Part shown: in pieces, positions 1 to 10,238 of the stretch
Numbering within the stretch: the stretch's first letter is position 1
Layout of the letters: each line of letters opens with the position of its first letter
NCBI RefSeq assembly: GCF_038025025.1
Contig: NW_027117345.1
Coordinates: 1,302,001 to 1,366,000, forward strand
Length of the DNA: 64,000 nucleotides
Source of the DNA: Phyllosticta citribraziliensis
Taxonomy: Eukaryota
Direction: 5' to 3'
Position numbers and translations under genes: made by a program
The notes under the pieces: model-generated
Seen by the model: the letters and a program-made list of their open reading frames with translations, nothing else
Databases searched by the model: none
Told to the model about the DNA's origin: nothing

Positions 1-1569
1 GTAGCCCTCCTCAATGCCTGCCTCGGGGAATTCGGCCTCGATGCCAACGTCAACAGCCCACTTCTGGCCGTTGTTTCGGAAGTCGGCCTTGATTCTGTTT
101 TCAAAGTCCATGATGCACTTGGCGTAGACTTTTCCGGCCGTCTTGGAGCCATCGGGAAGCTTCATCTTGCGAATCTTGGCACGCAGGATGTTGCTAAAGT
201 TGCGGTTCAATGCCGTAGAACCGCACGAGTCTCCGGAGCCAGTGGTACACTCCGCGACTGAAAACGGCTGCTCCTCTTCAACCTCGTAGGCAATCAAGTC
301 CACCGTGCCACCACCGCAGTCAACAATCAGCACAGCGTCGTGCACCTTGAGGTTGAGCAAGCCCGTCTTGGAGCAGAACATGGCCGCCGCTTCGGGCTCG
401 GAAACCAGCGTCAGACGGTTGTCATTTTCGTCGCGCAGAAAACCAGCTTGAATGGCGGCCGCCCTGGTTGCGGCTTTTCCGGCATCGTTCCAGATGGCAG
501 GAACAGTGAGGTAGTACCGGATGTTCCGCTCTTCTCTGTTGAATACCTCACCCAAGGTCTTTTGCAAATAATTGCGCATGGCCTGACGGAGGTGGAAGAG
601 GTAATCGGCGGCAACATCAATCTCGGACTTGCCCGGAGGAAGGGGCGGCAGGTTGATGGGGTCGATGTATGTGTTGCCCGACAGCATCAGCTGCAGCTTG
701 AACCATTCGACCTTCTGGACCCCTGGCTTGGGATAGCCGGTGTGGGCTAGAGCATCGGCAATATCTGGCCCCCACCCAACGACCTTTTGGTATTGGTCGT
801 AGTACAGCACCGTCGGGATCTAGCAATTTGTCAGGATTACCAACCAGCCAATGTTCAGCCTTGGGAAAATGGCACCTTGTGTTTTGTCTGGTTTCCGGCG
901 CCGGGCCACTCGGTGATGATGTCCTCCTTGGCCTCGTTGTTTGTTGCAAAAGCAAAGGCTACACCGGAGAAGGTGGTTCCCTGAAGATGCATCAGTCGAC
1001 GCGAATCCACAAATTCCGTGTGCGTGGCAACCTACAAAGTCTATGCCAACAATCAACTGCGCCTTACTCCGCCCCTGGCCGTCAGCCTCGACTGGAGCCG
1101 GCCTTGTAAAGGATTGAGGACCGGCTGGAGGAGCATTTGGATAGGTAGGGTAGCCCGGGTGCTGCGCGTGGGGAGGGTATCCGGGAGGACCGGCGGCAGG
1201 CTGGTATATCTGGCCCTGCGGATGCGAATAGTGACCCTGGGCGGCGGTGTTGATGGGTGGGGGCGGCATTGGACTCGCGGTGCGACCAGCGTTTTGTTGT
1301 TGGGCGCCCAGGTGCGCGGTGCCAGGTGGAGCAAGCGTGTACGAGGGCGGTCTTCCTGCGGGAACGGAGGGATTGGGGTGGTTCATCGTGGGGAGAGAGG
1401 TCGACGAGGAGCTGCCAGGGTTGGACGGGGATAACGAGCTCGCGCTTCCCGGAGGCGGGGTAGTATTGGTGGCTCCTCCTTGGGCCGCAAGGTTTTGCGT
1501 GGACCGGCGGTGAGAATCTCTATCTCTCGAGAGGAAGCTCTTGAGCCTGGAGTTCATGGAGAGGGACAT
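1..1569 (-). CDS. Hsp70-superfamily (HSPA12-like) protein, 3' end outside the window
   Basis: ATG at 1569 (or 1557), then a P/Q/S-rich extension and IVGIDF|GTTFSGVAF (phosphate-1 motif). Introns at 1035-981 and 875-820. Downstream motifs LTVPAIWND, VSEPEAAA, IVDCGGGTVD and GDSCGST; the frame stays open to position 1. Confidence 0.92.
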
Positions 1570-1830
1570 GGAAGACGAAAAGGAGGACGAGGAGGGAGAG
1601 TAAAAGGGCTGGAGGGGAACCAAGAGGTGGGCGTTTTGGGGGCGCAAAGCGAGGTCAGACGCTCGCTCGGCAGGCAGACGGGCAGGCGGGCGCAGACGAG
1701 GGACGAGTCGAGTCGCCTGGGGCTGCGGCTGAGGGCGACGAAGCAAAATTAGCGAGCGTCAGCCTTGGACGAAGAGACATGCAGGCTCACCTTCTGGACG
1801 GCGTCTGGAGGGTCGAGGGCGGCTGGACGG

Positions 1831-1863
1831 TTGCGTTGCGCTGCGCTGCGCTGCGCTGCGCTG
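1831..1863. repeat. (GCGCT)n/(TTGCG)n pentanucleotide microsatellite upstream of the Hsp70 gene
   Basis: ttgcgttgcgctgcgctgcgctgcgctgcgctg read directly. Confidence 0.85.
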
Positions 1864-2600
1864 TGTCTGGTCTGGCGGAAGGGCAGGCCGTGGGCGGTGA
1901 GGTGTGAGGTGGGAGGTGGGTCGTGAGGTCAGGTCGGCTCAGCTCTTTGATGAAGGAAATGGACGGCTGCGAGGACAAAGGACGACCTGGACGAGGCAAA
2001 GACTGGAGAGGCATCAAGGAGGGAGGAGAGGCCATGTGCTTTTGAATCTAGGCCTGAGGTGGGCTTGCCCCAGTCTGCTCTTGCGCTCGTCCTGTCCTGT
2101 CCTGTCTGACTGCGGCCGACTGAGCCACTGCTCCCTTTGGGTTAGGACATCGTCCACCCTCAACCAACACAACTCTCCACAAACGCATGCATGCCACCCA
2201 CGCGTCTGAGCTCAGCCTGCTCGACCCTCCATCCACCTATTTCCCTATTTCTCCGCGACACCCTCACCTCTCTCGTCAACCCTCGCCCATCAATGGCCCC
2301 CAGTACACGCCCCATCGACGTGGGGTCCTTGGGTCCGCGCCGGCCGCGCCTCATGACGCCGACCCTCATCTCAATCTGATCGTGCTTGCGGTTTTGCCAA
2401 CAACTTGTCGCCATTTGAATCTTGAAATCTTGTCTAATCAGACATGCTGCACCACCATCCGAGGATAAAACTTCGTAACCAACAAACAGGTGCGCCACGG
2501 CTACATGTGCCCACCGGCGCCCATTACATGTCCCCATTGGAAGCCCAGGCCACCGCACCGACCAGAATGCGCCAATACGCCAACCGCTCGCTACTCTGCG

Positions 2601-4326
2601 TCAGAAGCATTCCGACTCTCCCAAGGTTTCTTGCAGTAAATTCCCTTTGCCATGGAACGTGTCTTCGAGCGACGCGCTGTCCCCCGACTCGTCCAGGTCC
2701 TCGTAGTTGGTCGAATCTTCCAGCCCTGGCACCGGCGTCCGCCCCGTCAGAATGTTGTACAGCGAGTCGTCGCTGTCGTTGGCGCTTCCCGGGGTCCCTG
2801 GCCGGCTGTCCGAGCGGTCAAACTTGAGGATCGTGTCTTTGCCGTCTGGCCATAGCGTTATGAAGCCGTGAAGATCCCCGAACAGCAGCGCCGGCTTGCG
2901 CTGAATGTTTCCTGCAAGCCAACCCGCCTCCAGCTTCCCACTCGACTTTTTAAATGGCGTCTTGACGATCCGTGGTCGGTTCTCCGAAGCCTCCCACAAA
3001 TACACCACCGGCTCGTCGTGCGCGCATTGTATCAGGAGCAGGTTTGGAATGTTTGGATGCCAAGATAAGCTCTTGACCGGTGCGTGCTGGATGAGCACCG
3101 TCCGGGCGGCAAGCCGGGCGAGATCCCATATCCAGACGCAGGTCGGCATCGAGTCGTCGCGAGTGGCCACCAGAGTCCCATTTCCGTTGAAAATTACTAC
3201 GGATATCCCCACTTTTGACAGCGGCTCGGATGCTGGAGCTGATACCACCGGAGCTTCAATCGGCTGAGGTGCAATGGTATAGTCGCGCTTCGATGTTGCT
3301 GGTACTTGTTCTTGCCACACATCTCCTCCAGCAAGCTGCACCAAAGGCGTATGATCGAGGAATACTGTTGGCGAAAACTGCGACTAAATCAGCCAACTCT
3401 GGGTTCCTCTCTGCATGGGACTAGTCTCTCTGCGGGGACCATCTTACTGTGCGAGTTCCAAGTAGCGTGACTCTACTACCATAGCCTCCAACGGCGAGGA
3501 AATCCGACTTGGGGCTCCAGCTAACTCTTTTGATTCCCAATCCTCGCAGTCCGCCGTCGTCTTCGCCGGTATAGGTCCTGTACAGATAGCCGTCCGCCGT
3601 GTAGATGAATATGCGCAGACCCAGGCTCGGAGTGTCCCATATAGCCAACCACCGGCCGTCAGGACTCCATTTCAGGCCCTGGGCATCGGTGCTCGGCAGC
3701 GCCACCGTCTTGAGCACAAGGTACGTCTTTGGGGCGTGCAGCGTGAGCGTATCCTGCGCCCCGGGTCTCGACAGCAGCGCCAAAATGCCGTCGCGCGGCT
3801 TGTATGATATACTCTTCGTGTCCTTGGAGAACTTGGGGTCCTTGATTTCGACGCTGCGCCCGCCGCTGAGCGACCAGACGGTCAGTCGCGCCGCAAAGTC
3901 TGAAAAGACCAGCACCTCGTCTGCCGAAGGGCCGAACTCGGCATTGACAATCTTGCCCATGCCTCCGCTGCCATTGTTTATGACGGCCGCCCACTGGCTA
4001 TCCATCAGATCCCAGACGCGAACGTTTGTCTCGTCGGCGAGCAGCACCCTATGTATGCGATCGGACGGGCTGTGCAGCGGCGACCACCGCACCAGCGGCG
4101 GGTTCTTGACGTTCAGCGTCGAGGGCAGCGGTATGCTTCGGACGATGGAGAGGGAGCAGGTCGCGCGAATCTGCAGACGCGATCCGAGCAGCGATGCGAC
4201 GTAGGCGCCATCGGACGAGGCGACGGGGCGAGAAAGAGCTGTCGCAGACTAGTGAGCAATGCCTTGAGCGAGGGCTTCTGGTCAGTTGTTCTCACCCTTG
4301 GCCTGCTGCGATGGTTCAATGTCCAT
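2601..4326 (-). CDS. wdr8: WD40 repeat protein, WDR8/WRAP73 family (spindle pole body)
   Basis: ATG 4326 (MDIEPSQQAK), intron about 4295-4240, then SSDGAYVASLLGSRLQIR. ORFs 3421-4092 and 2601-3344 are joined by an intron at about 3447-3384. Motifs VLVFSDF, VEIKDPK, LKWSPDGRWLAIWD and ATRDDSMPTCVWIWD are typical of WRAP73. Confidence 0.82.
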
Positions 4327-5162
4327 GGTGTGGGGGTCTGTTGTTTACATTTCGGCCTCGGTTGCGGCGGGTTTGACCGGGCGATGACGACAGCCGAATC
4401 CGATCCAAAACACGCTGCACGTGATGGCGTGATGACGTGAATAACTCTTCTGCCACCCTGTCCACCTGGACCACACAACTGCTTCATCTCCCATTTAGCG
4501 ACACTCGACGCTCCTCCTTGAAAATCAAGAGAATGGCCTGATCCAGTTGATCCGGTGAGTAGACACGAGGCGTGCCAAACCCGTGGCACACCCAATACAA
4601 AGCCAGGGCCACATGAGGAGCGTTCACAATCTTCAACATGGACCTCATGGGAGTATTTAATCTCATGCACATCAAAATCTTTGCGAGCATTCAAGCTCCC
4701 AAGGTCTCTCCAAAGGATAAATTAACGAGGAGCATTCAAAAGACTTGTTGTCGCTGGTACCCTCTGCTTGCAGCCACCCCTTTGGTACAGCCGTCCGTCC
4801 CATGGAAACAAAACCGAAAAGTTTGCGTCCCCCCCTCGACTACCAGGACACCATTTTGCGCGGCACCACCAACAGCAACAAGTCTCAAAGGCTCCCATCC
4901 ATCCAGTGTCCCTGCTCGTCTCTCTCTAGGATACCAACTTCCGACTCACGAAAGGCACACCACCACATTGATTATCTTCATTCTTCTTTGCAGCAGCAGC
5001 GAATTGTACACAAAATCAAACGATAGCTATTAAGGTTGTCCAATTGGGCGAATGGACAGCAAGCCATATCCGCCTTGAAACGAAGAAGGATCCAGTCGAG
5101 ACGGCGACGCAAAAGACCAAATCCAGTGGCTGAGACTAGTGCGACATCAATCAGGACCCCAT

Positions 5163-7457
5163 TCACTCACGCGGACGCGGTGGTGGGGTCGTTTGTGCAG
5201 CCCGATCCTCAATGACTGGGTCGTGCGGTCCACTCTCGATCAGGTCCTCTTTGTGGTATTTGCCAATGTCGTCGTGTCGGCGATTGTACCAGAAGCTCGA
5301 CACAACCTTTTGGCCGCCGACTTTCTGCGCCAGGTTGGGCTTCGGCGCGTTTGGCGCCGAGGTCCAGAAGGAGCAGGTAAAGCTGGTGGGCCCCGTGGCG
5401 GCCGTCTGGAAGATGTTGAAGAAGTTGCAAGGACGGTACCGCCCCTTGACGCCGTGCTGCGTGTCGTTCTTGATGTCGAACTTGTGGTTCTGGAAGGCGG
5501 CGCCACGGTCGGCGGCGTTGAGCCTGTCGCACGTGTTGATGCAGACCGCAGGGTCGATCTCTCCTGGGAACGTCTGCTGGTTAAGGAATTGACCGCGACC
5601 CTGGCCAAGCAGAGTGTCAGAAGTGGGCCTGTACACTCCGGGGGCCGCCGCAGGACCTGTCCAGTTTGCGTACGAGGGAAGCTGGTCGTAACCGTTTGAA
5701 GCCGTGTAGACACGCTGGAAGCGTTCCAGGCCAACAAAGTTACCTGCAACACCGCGACCCAGGCTCGAAACACCCACGTTGAACAGCGCGCAGTGGGCAC
5801 TCGCTTGGTGTGGAGGGTTGCGGCAGCTTGGGCTCAGCTCGGCTGACGGATCGCGTTGAATGAAGACGTTGAAGCCCTTGCATTCGCGGACCTTGGAACA
5901 CATGATAGCGCAGGTCAATGGGTCGTATCGCTGGAGGGCAAGGGTGCGCAAAAGGTGTCTGGATGAATCGGTGCGACTCTTCCTGTTGATGAAAGCAGCC
6001 TTGTACCCCGGAACCTTCGCATTGGACTGGCTGATCTCTGAGTAGAGAGGAAAGTTGACGAACGCACCGGGATCGTTTGCTGCGGGTCGGGGCAAGTTTC
6101 CAGTGCTCGGAAGTGGTCTGCATGATGGAGACAGGCCGAGAGCACTAGGGGTCTTGGTCGGACGGTGCGGTGTTGGATGATGGTCCCCAGGGTGTCCGGT
6201 CGGCCGAGGCGCGCTAATCACGGGGGGGAGAGTTGAGTGGTGCTTAGACTGGTGGTGCTCGTCGTGGTGATGCTTGGACTTGGGCGGTACCGCGACAAAG
6301 GCAGTAGAGATGTGCCCATGGTCGCTGACCAGGACAGGAATATAGGTCGGAGCCGGGTCAGAGTGGCGGTGCTTTGAGGTGTGACCGTGATGGTGCCCAG
6401 TCGGCTTTGATTTATGGTCATCATGGTGCTGTCCGGTAGGCTTTGATTTATGGTCATCATGGTGCTGTCCAGTAGGCTTTGAGTGATGGTTATCATGGTG
6501 CTTTGAAGTCGGCGTTGGCTGGCCGTGGCGGTGCTCAGTAGGCTTGTTTCCGATGACCGAGACGTGGCCTTGGTCGTCAATATCCAACGGGACCGAGAGC
6601 GTCGTTGGGAAGGAAACAACGGTGGAGTGCTGCGTGGGTCGATGTGGTTTACAGCTAGGGCAAGACCGGGAGGGCGATGAAGACGGACGACGGGTAGGGA
6701 GCGCAGCTCCTCCGGCCAAGGTGATGCCAATGGTGAAATCAATTTCCTCGGCGTGATCCTCTCTTTTCACAACCGCTTTGTGATCTTTGGATTTGTCTTT
6801 GCCGACATTTTCGTCATGGTGGTGATGATTCCCGCCATTGTGGTGGTGGTGGTCGTCATTCCCCCTTTTAACCACCTCTTTCAGGTCTGTGCGGTGGTGC
6901 CCCTTCGACTCGGCCGAATACAGGTCGTGGTATTTATCAGCGAGGTCTTTCAGTTCTCCGTGGGTCATTTGTTCCATCTTCTTCTTGAGCTCTGCCTGAT
7001 AAAAGTTTATCTTCTTTGTGTCCCGAAGAGCATCTCCCTCCTTCTTCATCGCCTCCCTCATATAGATAGCGCCGAACAGCTCCAGAAGAGGCTTCTCCTC
7101 GGGCTGCCCCCTGATTTCCGGATGATCTTTTCTTTCTTTGTACACTTGTTCGACAACCTTTTTCACTATCCCTTCGATTGTGTGCTTTCCGAAAGGAAAA
7201 GACTCCTTGCTGTGCTTCGGAGTTGAAATTGCCACCGGGACGGTTTTGATGTAGGACTTGGTTGGTGGAGTTGGGAAAGTTCCGAATGGCACGAAGTGCG
7301 TGTGGTTGCGAGAGATGGTGCCATACGCCGACTTGGTAGGCCTTTGCCCTTCAATGGGCTGAGGAGCCCGCGACGCTTGGGGCTCGTTGTTCTCCAAGGG
7401 CACTGCAACAGCCCCTCCAAAGAGGAGGCATATTGCCGCAACGAGCGTGGGTTTCAT
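5163..7457 (-). CDS. Secreted His-rich protein with Kex2-type KR sites and two C-terminal apple/PAN-like Cys domains
   Basis: Intronless ORF with a signal peptide from ATG 7457 (MKPTLVAAICLLFGGAVAVP), two VVKR sites and KPTGQHHDDHKS repeats. YDPLTCAIMC..CKGFNVFIQRDPS..C.NP..CALF..SNGY and IDPAVCINTC..CNFFNIF..CSFW match a fungal apple-like domain pattern. Confidence 0.8.
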   Translation of the reverse strand: MKPTLVAAICLLFGGAVAVPLENNEPQASRAPQPIEGQRPTKSAYGTISRNHTHFVPFGTFPTPPTKSYIKTVPVAISTPKHSKESFPFGKHTIEGIVKKVVEQVYKERKDHPEIRGQPEEKPLLELFGAIYMREAMKKEGDALRDTKKINFYQAELKKKMEQMTHGELKDLADKYHDLYSAESKGHHRTDLKEVVKRGNDDHHHHNGGNHHHHDENVGKDKSKDHKAVVKREDHAEEIDFTIGITLAGGAALPTRRPSSSPSRSCPSCKPHRPTQHSTVVSFPTTLSVPLDIDDQGHVSVIGNKPTEHRHGQPTPTSKHHDNHHSKPTGQHHDDHKSKPTGQHHDDHKSKPTGHHHGHTSKHRHSDPAPTYIPVLVSDHGHISTAFVAVPPKSKHHHDEHHQSKHHSTLPPVISAPRPTGHPGDHHPTPHRPTKTPSALGLSPSCRPLPSTGNLPRPAANDPGAFVNFPLYSEISQSNAKVPGYKAAFINRKSRTDSSRHLLRTLALQRYDPLTCAIMCSKVRECKGFNVFIQRDPSAELSPSCRNPPHQASAHCALFNVGVSSLGRGVAGNFVGLERFQRVYTASNGYDQLPSYANWTGPAAAPGVYRPTSDTLLGQGRGQFLNQQTFPGEIDPAVCINTCDRLNAADRGAAFQNHKFDIKNDTQHGVKGRYRPCNFFNIFQTAATGPTSFTCSFWTSAPNAPKPNLAQKVGGQKVVSSFWYNRRHDDIGKYHKEDLIESGPHDPVIEDRAAQTTPPPRPRE
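6370..6545 (-). repeat. In-frame 36-nt tandem repeat encoding KPTGQHHDDHKS
   Basis: ggctttgatttatggtcatcatggtgctgtcc occurs twice 36 nt apart, with degenerate flanking copies. Confidence 0.85.
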
Positions 7458-7954
7458 GGCTGGAAAGGAAAGATGGAGCAAGCTTTGCGTCGGTGGGGGG
7501 TGAGTTGTAGAGGTTTCGAGGAAATCTGGTTTTCCACGCGGAGAGGAATGACTTATACTGGGTGAGAAGGAAGAGGAGTGGAAGAAAGGAGGGTTCCCAG
7601 GGGTCCTCGTATGCTGGATCAGCATGACTTCATTACATGAAAAATCTATACTTTTGAACCCTAGCCGTTGTTGGCTTCGTCAACTTTTGTGGCTGTTGGG
7701 ACCGGACGGGCCAGTCCAATATCCCCATCGAGAATACGACACTAAATAAGTTAGTGCATGGAAAGCCTTCGTGTGTTTGAATAGAGAGTCTGTGGTGAGC
7801 ATTGAAGTCGACCTAGATCCCAGTGCTGTAGCATCCAATCATCCAAGAGGGATGGTCAAAGAATCGAAGCCACAGTTCGCGGCATGTCACAGTGGTGTGC
7901 CCTGACTTTGACTTACAATTCTTGGATTACTGCTTCCACATGGTAACTTCATGA

Positions 7955-9259
7955 CTACCACACTCTGCCTCCAACCTCGACTCTCACGCCCCTCTCTACC
8001 TTCTCTCCCCTGTCCCCGACTAAACCAATGACGAGTGGCTCATCCACCGCCCTGCCATCCCTCGGCAGCGTCCCCAAGAAGCCCCAGCGCACATGATCTT
8101 TCCATCCGCAGTCTTTCCACCCGTTGAGCGATCCGTCAGGGAACCAAGGTACAACGCCGCGCAAACTCTCGTCGTGCGCTATGGCGACGAGCACGCGCGG
8201 ATCAGCGTCGAAGCGTTGCAGTAGGTCGACGCTATGCTGGGCCGTTGGCGGGTCCGCGTACCATGCGTCACCGGCTTGGGGAATGGTGTAGAACGGCGTG
8301 TTGTGGGCGGAGCCAACGGCGTCGATATCTGCGTCGAGCGGAGGCGTAGGCGGGCCGTTGGCTGTAGTGCCCTTCGTTTTTGTGTTGGCCAAAAAAGAAG
8401 AGGAAGAGGAAGGCTTATGTTGTGGGTGGCAGGCCGTGAAGAAGGAGCAGGGACACGGCATTTGAAGACCGTTGCGGTTCAAAGGGAGAGAAAGCGACGC
8501 AGGGATGGTATCAGGGAGCGGTTTGGACGAGGTGGGTCGAAAAACGCCGCTAAAGTGGCAAATATCGCCCCCGAGAAAGACGAATGAGTGATCGCCCGCC
8601 GTCGTCGTACGCGCAAGGGCAGAGATGTGACCAGTGGCGTGGCCTGGCGTGTTCAGTATGTAGAACGAGCCGTCGCCGAAGAAGTCGTGCGCTTCGAGCC
8701 CACCAATCGTGGTTGTCGGGTCGAAGAGCACTTCGCGCACAGCGCGACCGCTGAACATGGAATCAAGGAGGTGCGCATCCGGGTTGGCTGGATAGCCTGG
8801 CATGAGGGTTTCCTTGAAGCCTGGACCGACTACCAGTTCGGCGTTCGAGGGGAAGCGTGATGGGTCGCCAATGTGATCCCAATGCCAATGGCTAATGATG
8901 AGCGAACTGATGCAGTTCACGTCGACGCCCCCTTCGGTCAAAATCTCGTCGATGCCCTTCTGCACCTTTATGCCGAGCATGCTCTTTTTGATTGCGCCCA
9001 AAGCGGACGGCGTCGTCGTCCACCAATCCTTGCGCGCGCCGAGATCGAAGAGAATCTCTTTTCCAGACGGATGTTTAATATAAAAGGCCCAGGTGGGCAT
9101 GTTGATGGCTTCATGGCCTTGGAGGACCGGACTGACAAATTGGGCCGCAGGGCAGACAATATCGGTCGTGGTGTCGATTATCGAAATTTCTACCGCAGTC
9201 GACGATAGGGGAATATCGAGAGGGGGGAGTGTCTCTGACTTGATGCCACTCTGTGCCAT
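7955..9259 (-). CDS. Metallo-beta-lactamase-fold hydrolase (AHL-lactonase/lactamase-like)
   Basis: Single-exon 434-aa ORF with ILFDLG, SHWHWDHIG (HxHxDH), DFFGDGSFYILNTPGHATGH, LGGDICH and IAHD motifs. Confidence 0.9.
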   Translation of the reverse strand: MAQSGIKSETLPPLDIPLSSTAVEISIIDTTTDIVCPAAQFVSPVLQGHEAINMPTWAFYIKHPSGKEILFDLGARKDWWTTTPSALGAIKKSMLGIKVQKGIDEILTEGGVDVNCISSLIISHWHWDHIGDPSRFPSNAELVVGPGFKETLMPGYPANPDAHLLDSMFSGRAVREVLFDPTTTIGGLEAHDFFGDGSFYILNTPGHATGHISALARTTTAGDHSFVFLGGDICHFSGVFRPTSSKPLPDTIPASLSLPLNRNGLQMPCPCSFFTACHPQHKPSSSSSFLANTKTKGTTANGPPTPPLDADIDAVGSAHNTPFYTIPQAGDAWYADPPTAQHSVDLLQRFDADPRVLVAIAHDESLRGVVPWFPDGSLNGWKDCGWKDHVRWGFLGTLPRDGRAVDEPLVIGLVGDRGEKVERGVRVEVGGRVW

Positions 9260-10238
9260 TGTTGACGGTGAGTGCTCGGAAGCTGAAGTCGGCGTTGACA
9301 GATCAGGCTGCTGAAGCCTTCTCGGCCTTATTTATCCACTCGGCGGGTCCAGTACCATCGGGATTTGCAAAATGATTTCATGGCGTCTTTGTGACACCTA
9401 TGGGTGGGGTAGGGGATGATGCGGGGACAGAGCTGATACTCCCCAACCACGGACCAGCGGATTCAGAGATGAGCACTGACCCAAAAGTGGAGGAGTCTTC
9501 TTTCACTGCTATTACCAACTGTCGTCATCGCGGAGGCTGATCCAGTGCTCATTGGAGAAGAATTTTGATTTCCTTTTGACTCCGGGCTGTTCGCTTGTTT
9601 GTTCCGTCGTTGGTGACACACATTACCATGTTGAAGACGGGCGCCTCTCATATCACTTCCGAGGATTAATTTCGACAACAGATCGTCGTTTCGTGTCACG
9701 TGGAAAGATAGCCGCACGAGCGCTGTTCTGTCCGGCGGAGGAAGATCCAGCCAAAAGCTCGGCTTTGTAAGACGCATGTCTGAACTCGTGAAAAGGTACG
9801 ACGATAAGTAAATGAAAGGTGAGATGAATCAAGAATCGTCGATTTCTGTCTGCTTTCACGACACAGAAATTGAAATCAGCCAGTAGGCAAGCAGCTCTCG
9901 TAGAGGAGGCAATGGACATACCTCATTGATTCTGCGACGCAAACTGGTGTGTTTTGTCAGTAAGATCACTGCTAAATATGTGACAACAATTGATGGAAGA
10001 TAAAATTGCATCTGATCGCATTAGAAGTGTACTTTGTCTCCCTCCCACCCATGTGTAATTCTCTGGTATTCATCAAGCAATTCTGTGCGCAGCATCCCAG
10101 ACATTAGGAAAATTGAAGCAAAAGTTGGCCACTGAAAAGGTAATAGAAAGCATGTAAGCAAGTGGCCTCCACGGCCATCTCATTCGCGACTCAGCAAAGA
10201 CGCATGGTATCGACTTGCGAAAGTTGGCTCGGATGGCT

